The notes: generated from the letters alone by a model not told the origin. Positions 1 through 9,432 are shown, numbered from the stretch's first letter. The stretch is 64,000 nucleotides of DNA from Steroidobacteraceae bacterium (GCA_035934055.1 DASYYF010000022.1:4877-68876), one strand, 5' to 3'. Made by a program: numbers and translations.

Positions 1-1
1 G

Positions 2-814
2 CTCTTCACCGCGAACCAGTCCTCGAATGCCATCTCCTTCAACCTGCTGCACAAGGCCGACGGCTCGCGCCTCAAGCAGCAGTACATCTGCCAGAAGGAC
101 GGGGCGGTGGTCGAACGCGACGACATGGTCAAGGGCTACGAGTTCGCCAAGGACCAGTACGTGCGCTTCACGCCCGAGGAGATCAAGGCGCTGGAAGAGG
201 TCGGCAGCCACGCGGTCGAGATTTCCGAGTTCGTGCCGATCGAGTCGATCGATCCGGTGTACTACGACAAGACCTACTACCTGGCCCCCGACAAGGGTGC
301 CGCCAAGCCCTATGCGCTCCTCACCGAGGCCCTGAAGCAGGCCGGGCGCTGCGGCGTCGGCCGCTGGGCCGCGCGCGGCAAGGGCTATCTCGTGATCCTG
401 CGGCCGATCGGCGACGTGCTCGCCATGCAGCAGCTGCACTACGCGGCCGACGTGCGCCGCGCGAGCGAGGTCGAGATCCAGAAGACCGAGGTGAAGCCGG
501 CGGAGCTCAAGCTCGCCCAGCAGCTCATCGACGCGCAGACCGCCGAGAAATTCGATGCGGACGCCTACAAGGACGAGGTGCGCGGGCGGATCGAGGCCGC
601 GATCAGGAAGAAGGTCGACGAGGGCCAGGAGATCACCATGGCCGAGCCCGCCCCTGCGGGCGAAGGCAAGGTCATCGACCTCATGGAGGCGCTGCGCGCC
701 AGCCTCGAGAGAAGCGGCAAGTCGCGCGAGCAGCCGAGTGCGCTCGGCCCGCGTAAAGCTCCCAAGCGCGTCGAGGAACCGGCTAAAGTAGTCCGCAAGG
801 CGGGCAAGCGCTGA
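2..814 (+). CDS. ku: Ku-type non-homologous end-joining DNA end-binding protein (N-terminus lies upstream of the window)
   Basis: Frame is open from the window edge (LFTANQSSNAISFNLLHKADGSRLKQQYICQKDG) and runs into track ORF 107..814. PVYYDKTYYLAPDKGAAKPYALL and the basic C-terminal tail are typical of bacterial Ku. Confidence 0.9.
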   Translation, partial: LFTANQSSNAISFNLLHKADGSRLKQQYICQKDGAVVERDDMVKGYEFAKDQYVRFTPEEIKALEEVGSHAVEISEFVPIESIDPVYYDKTYYLAPDKGAAKPYALLTEALKQAGRCGVGRWAARGKGYLVILRPIGDVLAMQQLHYAADVRRASEVEIQKTEVKPAELKLAQQLIDAQTAEKFDADAYKDEVRGRIEAAIRKKVDEGQEITMAEPAPAGEGKVIDLMEALRASLERSGKSREQPSALGPRKAPKRVEEPAKVVRKAGKR

Positions 815-849
815 CTTCCGGGGGAACTGCCTTTCCTCAAGAGCTAAGG

Positions 850-1683
850 ATGCGCTCCTACAGTGTGCGGGACGTGCAGCGGGTCCTGCGGCTGTCTCCT
901 GCGGTCACGCGCGGCCTGATCCGCGCCGGATTCGTCAAGGCCGCGCGCGGACCGCGGCGCGCCTACCGCCTGTCGTTCCAGGATCTGATCGTGCTGCGCA
1001 CGGCGCGCGCGTTGATCGATGCGCGCATTCCCGCCAAGCGCATCCGCCGCTCGCTCGAGAGGCTGCGGCGCGAGCTCCCGGCTTCGGTGCCCCTCTCGGG
1101 ACTCGCAATCAGCGCCGTGGGCGACCACGTGGTGGTGCGCGACGGGGAGACGCGCTGGCAGGCGGACAGCGGCCAGTACCTGCTGGGACTCGACGTAACG
1201 CTCGAGGACGGCGTGCTGCAGGTCGTCGAGCACAAGGCCCCCGCGTCCGCGGCGGCGGACGCTCCGCAACCCGCGCGCGACTGGTTTGCGCAGGGCCTGA
1301 CGCTCGAGCACACCGACCCGAACGGCGCCGTGGCGGCTTACCGGCAGGCCGCGGAGGAGAATCCGCACGACGCCGCCGCGTGGATCAACCTCGGGCGGCT
1401 GCTGCACGTGCTGGGCAGGACGGCCGAGGCCGAAGAAGTCTACCGTCGCGCGCTCGGCCACGTGGCCTCAGATCCCCTGCTCCTCTTCAATCAGGCGGTG
1501 CTGCTCGAGGATGCCGGCAAGACGGCCGCGGCGGTCGACGCCTACCAGGCCGCGCTGGCCGCCGATCCCGACCTCGCCGACGGGCATTACAATCTCGCGC
1601 GGCTCTACGAGTCGCTCGGCAAGCAGCAGCATGCGATCCGGCATCTGGGCGAATATCGGCGCCTGGTGAGCGACCGCCACTGA
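850..1683 (+). CDS. MerR/excisionase-type HTH protein with C-terminal TPR repeats
   Basis: N-terminus YSVRDVQRVLRLSPAVTRGLIRAGFV...YRLSFQDLIVLR. C-terminal TPR-like repeats AWINLGRLLHVLGRTAEAEEVYRRAL and HYNLARLYESLGK. AAGG lies just upstream of the ATG. Confidence 0.6.
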   Translation: MRSYSVRDVQRVLRLSPAVTRGLIRAGFVKAARGPRRAYRLSFQDLIVLRTARALIDARIPAKRIRRSLERLRRELPASVPLSGLAISAVGDHVVVRDGETRWQADSGQYLLGLDVTLEDGVLQVVEHKAPASAAADAPQPARDWFAQGLTLEHTDPNGAVAAYRQAAEENPHDAAAWINLGRLLHVLGRTAEAEEVYRRALGHVASDPLLLFNQAVLLEDAGKTAAAVDAYQAALAADPDLADGHYNLARLYESLGKQQHAIRHLGEYRRLVSDRH

Positions 1684-1705
1684 CCTCGAGACGGGCGGCT
1701 CCCCC

Positions 1706-2419
1706 ATGAGGTTCTGGGTCGGCACGTCCGGGTACAACTACCCCGAATGGAAGGGCAGCTTCTACCCGGAGAAATTCCCGGCCGCGAAGATGCTGCCCTA
1801 CTACGCCGAGCGCTTCACGACGGTCGAGATCAACTACACCTTCTACCGCGTTCCGAACACGAAGATCCTCGGCGGGTGGGACCGTGAGACACCGCCGGGC
1901 TTTCGCCTGACGCTCAAGGCCCCGAAGCGCATCACCCATATCGCGAAGCTCAGGGACTGCGCGGATCTGCTGCAGTATTTCCTCAAGACCGCCGCGACGC
2001 TCGGACCCAAGCTCGGCGCGATCCTCTTCCAGCTGCCGCCCTACTTCCGCAAGGACCTCGCGGTGCTCGATGAGTTTGTGAAGCTCCTCCCGGCGGGCAC
2101 CTGCGCGGCATTCGAGTTCCGCCATGCCTCGTGGATGGACGGCGAGGTGTTCGCGCGCCTCCGGGCGGCGAATCTCGCGCTGTGCGTGGCGGACAGCGAG
2201 AAGTTCTCCACCCCGGTCGAGATCACCGCTCCCTACGCCTACTTCCGCCTGCGCGATGAGGGCTATACGTCCGATGACCTCAGGCGCTGGGCCGGGACCA
2301 TCCGCGCGAGCACGGCGCAGTGCGGCGATGTGTTCGTGTACTTCAAGCACGAGGAGGCGGGCAAGGGCCCGCAGTTCGCGAGGGTGCTCCTCGAGGCCCT
2401 CGAGGCTGGCAAAGGCTGA
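1706..2419 (+). CDS. DUF72 (YecE-like) family protein
   Basis: MRFWVGTSGYNYPEWKGSFYPEKFP...YYAERFTTVEINYTFYR, a full-length DUF72 pattern. Confidence 0.85.
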   Translation: MRFWVGTSGYNYPEWKGSFYPEKFPAAKMLPYYAERFTTVEINYTFYRVPNTKILGGWDRETPPGFRLTLKAPKRITHIAKLRDCADLLQYFLKTAATLGPKLGAILFQLPPYFRKDLAVLDEFVKLLPAGTCAAFEFRHASWMDGEVFARLRAANLALCVADSEKFSTPVEITAPYAYFRLRDEGYTSDDLRRWAGTIRASTAQCGDVFVYFKHEEAGKGPQFARVLLEALEAGKG

Positions 2420-2651
2420 AGCCTGCGCGGGAGCCTTGCCGGTATCGCGGCGGCACTGCCACGGACCGTTGCCCCGGGTGCCCGGCGGTCTCGCCACCGG
2501 CATCGCCGCACCGCTCAAGATGCAGCACGCCCGGCTCGCGGCGCTCGCCGCGCCCGGCGTCGCGCTCTGCAGCATCTTTAATAGTTCCCTGTAGAACCAC
2601 CGGCACGTTCCCCGCCACGCACGCAGCGTCAGCAGCGCGGAGGGGAATCAA

Positions 2652-3794
2652 ATGAGGGACTCAAGCGCAGCGACACGCCTCGCCGGCGTGCTCGCTCTGT
2701 CAGCAACGGTATTGGCCGGTCCCGCGCTCGCGAGCGGGGCGGTGCTGCCTCCACTGCACTCGATCGTCACCGTCACCTCGACCGTACCCGGCAACGGCGA
2801 CATCAATCCCTACGGCATGGCCGAGGTCAAGCGCTCGACGGGCAAGCTGACCGCCGGGCATATCCTGATCAGCAATTTCAACAACTCGCAGAACCAGCAA
2901 GGCACGGGGAGCACGATCGTCGATGTGGCTCCTGACGGCACCCTGAGCGTGTTCGCCTCCTTGAGTGCGGGCAGCCTTCCGGGCCCGTGCCCCGGCGGCG
3001 TCGGGCTCACGACCGCACTCGTCGTGCTCCAGTCCGGCTGGGTGATCGTGGGGAGTCTGCCGACCTCCGATGGCACTTCGGCCACCGCGCAGGCAGGGTG
3101 TCTCATCGTTCTCGACCGCATGGGTAACCCGGTGGAGACCTTCTACGGCTCGCTCATCAACGGTCCCTGGGACATGACGGCGCTCGATGGCGCGCGGCAC
3201 GCGAAGCTGTTCGTCACGAACGTGCTGAACGGCACCGTCGCGGCGAACGGCACGGTGGTGAACGGCGGCACCGTCATACGGCTCGACCTCGGCGTGTCGG
3301 CCGCGGCGATGCCCGCGCTCGACTCCATCACCGTGATCGGATCCGGGTTCGCCGAGCGCACCGATCCGGCGGCGATGGTCATCGGCCCGACGGGCGTTGG
3401 CCTGAGCCCCTGCAGCGGCGACGGCGATGACTGCGACGACGAATACGGTGTGCTTTACGTGGCCGACACGGTGAACAGCCGCATCATGGCCATCAATGAT
3501 CCGTTGCAGCGGGCCAGCTCGGCCGGCACCGGCCGGACACTCTCGGCGGGCGGCAGCCTCAACGGTCCTCTCGGGCTCACCGTGACTCCGGGAGGAGAGA
3601 TCCTTACCGTCAACGGCGGCGACGGCTTCATCACCGAGATCACGCCGAACGGTCATCAGGTCGCGAAGGCGCAGCTGGACTCGAGCGGCTCGCCGCCCGG
3701 AGCGGGCGCCCTCTTCGGCCTCGTGTTCGATCCCCTGCACGGCGTGTACTACGTGGACGACGCCACCAACACGCTCAACCTGCTGCACCATTGA
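2652..3794 (+). CDS. Secreted beta-propeller-like repeat protein (NHL-like)
   Basis: Signal peptide LALSATVLAGPALASG. Repeated G/T/V-rich strand blocks, for example YVADTVNSRIMAIN and GLVFDPLHGVYYVDDATNTL. The family assignment is tentative. Confidence 0.55.
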   Translation: MRDSSAATRLAGVLALSATVLAGPALASGAVLPPLHSIVTVTSTVPGNGDINPYGMAEVKRSTGKLTAGHILISNFNNSQNQQGTGSTIVDVAPDGTLSVFASLSAGSLPGPCPGGVGLTTALVVLQSGWVIVGSLPTSDGTSATAQAGCLIVLDRMGNPVETFYGSLINGPWDMTALDGARHAKLFVTNVLNGTVAANGTVVNGGTVIRLDLGVSAAAMPALDSITVIGSGFAERTDPAAMVIGPTGVGLSPCSGDGDDCDDEYGVLYVADTVNSRIMAINDPLQRASSAGTGRTLSAGGSLNGPLGLTVTPGGEILTVNGGDGFITEITPNGHQVAKAQLDSSGSPPGAGALFGLVFDPLHGVYYVDDATNTLNLLHH

Positions 3795-3806
3795 GGCGCA
3801 CGCATC

Positions 3807-3834
3807 CCGGCGGGGCGGACGAGCCCCGCCGGGC
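3807..3834. terminator. Bidirectional stem-loop between convergent genes
   Basis: Perfect 11-bp inverted repeat CCCGGCGGGGC / GCCCCGCCGGG with a 6-nt loop, placed between the stops at 3794 (+) and 3840 (-). There is no clear U-tract. Confidence 0.5.
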
Positions 3835-3839
3835 GGACT

Positions 3840-4976
3840 TCAGCTCCAGATGTCGGCGAACGCGCGCGCGAAGTTTGCGCCGACGACCTTCTCGACCACG
3901 CCGGCCGGGTAGCCGCGCTTCAGCAGCCCGTCGGCGATGATCTCGATGCGCCGCGGCGTGTTGAGGCCCACCACGTACGGCGCGCGGTCCTCCTCCGGAG
4001 CTGCCAGGCCCGCGGTGCGCCGTTGCTCGAGCTGCTTGCTGAGCTCGGCCATGCCCTTCTCGGTGATATCGAGCGGCTGGATGTCGGCGTCGCTGCCGAT
4101 GCCGACGTGATTCTCACCCGCCACCTTGAGCGCGTGCTCGAGATGCTCCAGATAGTCCCCGACGGTCGGCTGCTTCGGCGAGGCCGTCAGGTACGGCAGG
4201 TCGAAGATGCCGACCACCCCGCCGCGCTCGGCGAGCGCGCGCAGCTGCTCGTCGGTCTTGTTGCGCGGATGCGCGTGGATGGCCGCGCAGCCGGCGTGCG
4301 TCATGAGCGGAGACTTGGTCGAGAGGTCGAGGACGTCAGCCGTCGTGGCCGGGTTCGCATGGCTCAGATCGATCGCGATACCGAGGCGGTTCATCTCGGC
4401 GACCGCCTGGCGGCCGAGCGGCGTCAGGCCTCCGCCCTCGGGCTCCATGACCCCCGCGGCGAACGGCGACTTGCGGTTGTAGGAGAGCTGCATGACGCGC
4501 ACGCCGAGGTTGCGGAACAGCTCGAACGACTCGATCCGGCCCTGCAGCATCTCCGCGCTCTCGAAGGACAGGATGATGCCGAGCTTGCCCTCCGCCTTGG
4601 CGCGCGCGAAGTCGCCCGCCGCCCGTACCTGGGTGAAATAAGCCGGGTACATCTCGATGAGCCTCTGCACGCGGGCGATCGCGGCCACGGTCGTCGGGAA
4701 ATCGTCGTTGATCCCGCCGATGCTGTACTTGACGACGTCGATGCCGCTGCCGCGCACCATGTCGAGGTCCGCCTGCGAGAGCGGCAACCGGCCCTCGGGG
4801 GGCGAGGAGTTGCAGTCGAGGATGAGCGCCGAGTGGTACAGCGTGCGCGCGTGCGCGGAGACGCCTGCGGCCGGCGGCTCGGGGTGCGCGGGCGGGGCCT
4901 GCGCGCGGGTCAGCGGGCTGAATGCGGCGGCGGCGGCGGCGCCGGCCAGACGCTGCGAAAACTCGCGGCGGTTCAC
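3840..4976 (-). CDS. Membrane dipeptidase (peptidase M19 family) with twin-arginine leader
   Basis: DLSHANPATTADVL and MTHAGCAAIHAHPRNKTDEQLRALAERGGVVGIF. GTG at 4976 gives the leader [27 protein letters not shown]. The track ORF extends to 5129, but that part overlaps the upstream gene. Confidence 0.8.
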   Translation of the reverse strand: MNRREFSQRLAGAAAAAAFSPLTRAQAPPAHPEPPAAGVSAHARTLYHSALILDCNSSPPEGRLPLSQADLDMVRGSGIDVVKYSIGGINDDFPTTVAAIARVQRLIEMYPAYFTQVRAAGDFARAKAEGKLGIILSFESAEMLQGRIESFELFRNLGVRVMQLSYNRKSPFAAGVMEPEGGGLTPLGRQAVAEMNRLGIAIDLSHANPATTADVLDLSTKSPLMTHAGCAAIHAHPRNKTDEQLRALAERGGVVGIFDLPYLTASPKQPTVGDYLEHLEHALKVAGENHVGIGSDADIQPLDITEKGMAELSKQLEQRRTAGLAAPEEDRAPYVVGLNTPRRIEIIADGLLKRGYPAGVVEKVVGANFARAFADIWS

Positions 4977-5467
4977 GGGGTCTTCGTCCTGACCGCTACC
5001 CCCTGCACCTCGAAATGCGCGCCGCGCACCAGTTTGCTCACGCCGATGAACGCGCGCGCCGGATGAGGGCGATGGAAGTAACCGCCGTAGGTGCCGTTGA
5101 ACGTGTCGTACAGGGAAAGATCGGTGCAATACACCGTCACCGACACGAAGTCATCCATCGTGAAGCCGGAGCGCTCCAGGGTGTGCTTCACCGCGTCCAT
5201 CACCAGGCGCGCTTCGGCCTCGGGGCTCGCGGCGGCGTTGCCGGTGCGCGGATCGATGCCGATGTGGCCGGCGACGTACAGTGTGTCGCCGATGCGCACG
5301 GCGTCGCTGAAGGGCAGCGGCGGGCCGTTCGGAGCCGGCGGATGCTCGAGGTAGCTGCGGTCGGCAGCGGCGGGAGCGCCGAGTGCCGGCGGCGCTCCGA
5401 TGGCGAGCGACAGCGCACCGAGCAGCAGCCCGGGGCAGAGTCCTGTGGATTCGAACGCGAGACGCAT
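4973..5467 (-). CDS. RidA/YjgF/L-PSP family protein with N-terminal signal peptide
   Basis: Core [24 protein letters not shown]...[17 protein letters not shown]...[22 protein letters not shown], preceded by [23 protein letters not shown]. The stop overlaps the dipeptidase GTG by 4 nt. Confidence 0.8.
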   Translation of the reverse strand: MRLAFESTGLCPGLLLGALSLAIGAPPALGAPAAADRSYLEHPPAPNGPPLPFSDAVRIGDTLYVAGHIGIDPRTGNAAASPEAEARLVMDAVKHTLERSGFTMDDFVSVTVYCTDLSLYDTFNGTYGGYFHRPHPARAFIGVSKLVRGAHFEVQGVAVRTKTP

Positions 5468-5548
5468 GATCCCCTCCCCGGCGCGATGACGATGCCGAAC
5501 AGAAAGACTTGCGAAGACAGCTCGCCGATCGCGTCGGAGAGCCCGCGC

Positions 5549-6052
5549 TCATGAAGCGCGACTGAAGAGGTCGCTGACGCAGGCGGCGCCCTCGAGCTCG
5601 AGCAGCGCGCGCTTGACGGCGAGGCCGCCGCCGAATCCGGTGAGCGAGCCGTCGGCGCCGATGACCCGGTGGCACGGCACCACGATCGGCAGCGGATTCG
5701 CGCCGTTCGCGAGTCCCACCGCCCGCGGCGCGCTGCCGACCCGCCGGGCCAGCTCGCCGTAGGAGATCGTCTCGCCGTAGGGAATCGCCAGCAGAGCCCG
5801 CCACACCGACCTTTGGAACTCACTCCCCGCCATGGCGAGCGGCGCGCCGAACGCGCGCCGCTCGCCGGCGAAGTATTCGGCGAGCTCGCGGGTGACGGCG
5901 GCGAACCGTGCGGCTTCGCGCCGCCACTCGGGCGGCGGCGTGAGCGGATGCGGGCCTGCCTGGAAATGCACGCGCGTCAGCGCGTGTGCGTCGGCGGCGA
6001 GCAGCAACGGTCCGACCGGACTGTCCGTCTCGTGCCAGAAGAGGGTGCGCAT
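5549..6052 (-). CDS. ogt: Methylated-DNA--protein-cysteine methyltransferase
   Basis: Active-site block [45 protein letters not shown]. Confidence 0.9.
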   Translation of the reverse strand: MRTLFWHETDSPVGPLLLAADAHALTRVHFQAGPHPLTPPPEWRREAARFAAVTRELAEYFAGERRAFGAPLAMAGSEFQRSVWRALLAIPYGETISYGELARRVGSAPRAVGLANGANPLPIVVPCHRVIGADGSLTGFGGGLAVKRALLELEGAACVSDLFSRAS

Positions 6053-6064
6053 GGAGCGCGTATG

Positions 6065-7588
6065 TTACGCGGGTGGCGCCGCCGCCGCAGCGTGTGCCGC
6101 GCGCCCGGCCTGCGCGCGCACCGGGAGCTGCCCGGCTGCGCGCCACAGGTGGACGGTCGCATAGCCGCGCCACGGCCGCCAGCGGCGTGCCCGCTGCTCG
6201 AGCTCGTGCGCCGAGAGCACCGCCCCGCCCGGCGGCGCGGCCATCCGCCGCAGCACCCAGTCGCCGTGGGGAAAGGCGTCGGGCTCACCGAGCGCCCGCA
6301 GCGCCACGTACTGCGCCGTCCAGGGCCCGATCCCCGGGAGCGCGGCGAGCGCCGCCGTGACGTCCGCGGGCGCCGCGCCGAAGTCGAGCCGCCGCTCGAG
6401 CACCGCGCGCGCGAGCGATTTGAGCGCCGCGGCGCGTGTCGCGGTGATCCCGAGTCCCGCGAGAGGCGCGTGCGCGAGGCGCGCCGCGGTCGGAAACAGG
6501 TGCGTCAGTCCCGCGCCGCCGGTGCGCAGCGGCTCGCCGCAGCGCTCGACCAGCCGCGCGGCGAAGGTGCGCCCGGCGGCGACGCTCACCTGCTGGCCGA
6601 GCACCGCCCGCACGGCGCACTCGAACGGCTCCCATGCTCCCGGGATGCGCAGCCCCGGCCGCTGCGCCACCAGCGGCCCGATCAGCGGATCCGCGGCCAG
6701 CTCCGTGCCGATGCGCGCCGGGTCGCCGGCGAGGTCGAACACCCGGCGCGCGGCGCAGGCGAGCGGCAGCAGCGCCGAGGGTGGCGCGCCGCCGACGCGC
6801 AGCTCGAGCGCGTCCTCGCCGGCGAGCGGGCGCACCGCAATCAGCGCATACCCGCCCGGGCACGCGAGCGTGCGCGCGTAGCCCGCGGCGTCGACCCGCT
6901 CGACTCCGGCGAGCGCGCGCCGCGCGAGAAAGTCCTCGAGGTGCGCCCAGTCGTACGGCGGGCGATAGGCGAGCCGCAGCACGACCTCTTCGCTCGCGCT
7001 GCAGGGCGTGCCGCGGCGCCGCGCGCTGCGCAGCTCGCGCGGCGCGCGGCGGTAGGCGTTGCGGAACGCATCGTTGAAGCGCCGGCAGCTGCCGAATCCG
7101 GCCGCGAGCGCGATCTGCATGATCGGCAGGTCGGTCTCCTCGAGCAGGCACACCGCGAAATGCAGCCGCCGCGTCTGGGCGACCGCGATCGGCGAGGCGC
7201 CGACGTGCCGCCTGAAGAGCCGCACCAGATGGCGCGCGCCGATCCCTAAGCGCGCAGCCAGCGCATCCACCGGGTCCTCATCGAGCGCGCCCTCGTCGAT
7301 CAGCCGCAGGGCGCGCCGCACGACCGCGGCGGTGCCGAGCCAGGCCGGGGTCCCGGGTGCGGCCTCCGGCCGGCAGCGCAGGCAGGGCCGAAAGCCCGCG
7401 GCTTCGGCGGCCGCGGCGCTGCCGAAGAAGCGCACATGGGAGCGCTTGGCGAAGCGCGACGGGCAGATCGGCCGGCAGTAGATGCCGGTCGATGTGATGG
7501 CGATGAAGAATCTGCCGTCGAAGCGCGCATCGCGGCTGATGCGCGCGCGATTGAGGGCTTCCGGGTCGAGGCCGGCGATCGTTTCCAC
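6065..7588 (-). CDS. Ada N-terminal (Zn, methylphosphotriester) / AraC-HTH / AlkA DNA-3-methyladenine glycosylase II fusion
   Basis: RDARFDGRFFIAITSTGIYCRPICPSR (Ada Zn domain). AraC HTH IALAAGFGSCRRFNDAFRNAYRRAP. HhH-GPD LPGIGPWTAQYVALRALGEPDAFPHGD. Confidence 0.85.
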   Translation of the reverse strand: METIAGLDPEALNRARISRDARFDGRFFIAITSTGIYCRPICPSRFAKRSHVRFFGSAAAAEAAGFRPCLRCRPEAAPGTPAWLGTAAVVRRALRLIDEGALDEDPVDALAARLGIGARHLVRLFRRHVGASPIAVAQTRRLHFAVCLLEETDLPIMQIALAAGFGSCRRFNDAFRNAYRRAPRELRSARRRGTPCSASEEVVLRLAYRPPYDWAHLEDFLARRALAGVERVDAAGYARTLACPGGYALIAVRPLAGEDALELRVGGAPPSALLPLACAARRVFDLAGDPARIGTELAADPLIGPLVAQRPGLRIPGAWEPFECAVRAVLGQQVSVAAGRTFAARLVERCGEPLRTGGAGLTHLFPTAARLAHAPLAGLGITATRAAALKSLARAVLERRLDFGAAPADVTAALAALPGIGPWTAQYVALRALGEPDAFPHGDWVLRRMAAPPGGAVLSAHELEQRARRWRPWRGYATVHLWRAAGQLPVRAQAGRAAHAAAAAPPA

Positions 7589-7655
7589 CGCGCCACCATA
7601 CCCGGCGGCCGGCCCGCCGAGTAGCCATTTTCGGACCCGGCGCGGGCGGGCCCGC

Positions 7656-8249
7656 TCAGCCGCTCTGTTTCGCCAGCGCGCGGGCGAAGGCGGGCCGCCC
7701 CACGACGCGTCTCACGTACTCCTCGATCACGGGCGACCTGGGCAATATCGGGCTGTTGGCGAACAGTGCGAACGAGGTCGCATACAGCACGTCCGCGGCC
7801 GAGAAGCGCTCGCCGGTGAAGTACGGTCCCTGCTCGAGGCGCGCGATGATCACCGGCATCACCTCTTCGACCGGCGCCCAGCCGGCCGTGCCGCGCGGCA
7901 CCTCCCAGCTCATGAACTTCGACACGAACGCCGGCTCGAACACGCCGGCGTAGTAGGCGAGCCAGCTGAGATAAGCGCCGCGGTCCGGCTCACCCGGAAG
8001 CGGTCCGATGCGGTTCTTCGGGAACTTGTCGGTGAGATAAATCGCGATCGCCGCCGACTCGAACACGACTACTCCGTCGTCGCAGATCGCCGGCACCTTG
8101 CCCTGCGGGTGGGGATTGGCGGGATCGGGCGCGCCGCCGTCGCGGGTGCGCGTCGTGACGAGCCGGATCTGGTACGGCGCCTCGAGCTCCTCCAGCAGGA
8201 AGATGAAGCGCGTCGAGCGCGTGTTGGGGCGGTGATAGAGCGTGATCAG
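7656..8249 (-). CDS. Glutathione S-transferase (start codon uncertain)
   Basis: Track ORF 7656..8096 holds only the C-terminal domain. The same frame stays open up to the upstream stop (8259-8261) and encodes the thioredoxin-fold N-domain LITLYHRPNTRSTRFIFLLEELEAPYQIRLV. The only start candidates there are CTG 8249 and ATC 8246. Confidence 0.7.
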   Translation of the reverse strand: MITLYHRPNTRSTRFIFLLEELEAPYQIRLVTTRTRDGGAPDPANPHPQGKVPAICDDGVVVFESAAIAIYLTDKFPKNRIGPLPGEPDRGAYLSWLAYYAGVFEPAFVSKFMSWEVPRGTAGWAPVEEVMPVIIARLEQGPYFTGERFSAADVLYATSFALFANSPILPRSPVIEEYVRRVVGRPAFARALAKQSG

Positions 8250-8258
8250 CGGCTGCCC

Positions 8259-8660
8259 CTACATGTGCGCGGGACGATCCGCCGCACCCCAGTACGAGGC
8301 GAACAATCGCAGGCAGCAGCCGTCCGCCAGCACGTCGGTGGAATCGGCCTGCAGCAGCACGACCGCCGCCCCTAGCCTCATTCCCTCCGTCACGGCCTGG
8401 GCTTTGAACCAGGCATCGTCGGCAAGGGTCACGGCGGAGAAAGACGAGGTGCCGATCAGTACATATCCCTCGCGCGCGAGCAGCTTGCCGTCGCCGTCCG
8501 GATCGTGCGACCACTCGAAGAATGGCGTGGCTTGCCGCGTGACGGGCGAGCCGTGGGGTGCGGGCTCATAGAAGCTTGCGAACGGGCTCGCGCAGCCCGT
8601 CAGCAGGCACATGCCCATCAAGCCCGCGATCGGCGCGTTGAACGAGGCGTTGAGCGGCAT
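8259..8660 (-). CDS. Small lipoprotein, unknown function
   Basis: ATG at 8660 gives MPLNASFNAPIAGLMGMCLLTGCAS (lipobox LTGC). The upstream part of track ORF 8259..9149 is R/A/G-rich and antisense to the DUF488 gene. Confidence 0.55.
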   Translation of the reverse strand: MPLNASFNAPIAGLMGMCLLTGCASPFASFYEPAPHGSPVTRQATPFFEWSHDPDGDGKLLAREGYVLIGTSSFSAVTLADDAWFKAQAVTEGMRLGAAVVLLQADSTDVLADGCCLRLFASYWGAADRPAHM

Positions 8661-8798
8661 ATGCGCAGGGCTCAGGCGTACGGAAACCTGTTTGAGGGTA
8701 GTCGAGCGGCGCCAAACGCTCAAGCCTCGGCTCTTGAGCCTGGGCGACGCCGTCGCCGGGCGCTGGAACCGCCGGCGCACGCGGCGGACAATGCGAGC

Positions 8799-9209
8799 AT
8801 GAAACGCGTCGAGCCCGATGCGCCGGCCACGGCACCGCGCGACGTCGCGATCAAGCGCATTTACGAGAAACCGGAGGTGCACGACGGCTATCGCGCGCTG
8901 ATCGACCGCCTGTGGCCGCGCGGAGTGAGCCGCCGGCGCGCCGCGCTCGATGCCTGGCTCGTCGAGCTCGCCCCGAGCGACGCGCTGCGCACCTGGTTCC
9001 GGCACGACCCGAAACGGTGGACGGAGTTCCGCCGCCGCTACCGCGCCGAGCTGCGCGTGCAGAGCGAGGCGCTGGAGGCCCTGCGGCACCGCGCCGAGCG
9101 CATGCGCGTGACGCTCCTCACCGCCACGCGCGAGCCGCGCATCAATCACGCCGTGGTGCTGCGCGCGCTGCTGCTCAAGACCCCCCGCCGCCGCGGCCCG
9201 CAGCCTTAA
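8799..9209 (+). CDS. DUF488 family protein
   Basis: IKRIYEKPEVHDGYRALIDRLWPRGVSRRRAALDAWLVELAPSDALRTWFRHDPKRWTEFRRRY. ATG at 8799. Confidence 0.8.
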   Translation: MKRVEPDAPATAPRDVAIKRIYEKPEVHDGYRALIDRLWPRGVSRRRAALDAWLVELAPSDALRTWFRHDPKRWTEFRRRYRAELRVQSEALEALRHRAERMRVTLLTATREPRINHAVVLRALLLKTPRRRGPQP

Positions 9210-9432
9210 CGCAAACCATTGTCAGACTGATGATCGCCCCGGCTGCCGGCACGGTCCTCTCGGGCTGCGTGGTCGCCCCGCTCGCCCGGCCCGAGTGCCG
9301 GCGGCAAGCCGCGTGATTCAAACCGCCGCCTCCGCTAGTATCGGGTCCTCCGCGACGCACCGCGAGGACCTCTTTGAAAGTCGGCGCCAAGACTGACACC
9401 CGAGCCGTGCGCGCGCGCGCAGCGCGGCCCGC

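Noticed and set aside
9219-9236. Possible Pho box (TTGTCAG-actg-ATGATCG) upstream of the phosphonate operon.
   Set aside because: The second half-site matches the consensus poorly, and the site lies about 200 nt upstream of the MFS start. It is much weaker than the triple repeat at 21036..21064.
9343-9372. Imperfect hairpin GGGTCCTCCGCG-acgcac-CGCGAGGACC in the DUF488/MFS intergenic region, as a terminator or riboswitch stem.
   Set aside because: It has one bulge, no U-tract and no flanking conserved riboswitch-like sequence that I recognise. It is probably an incidental GC-rich inverted repeat.
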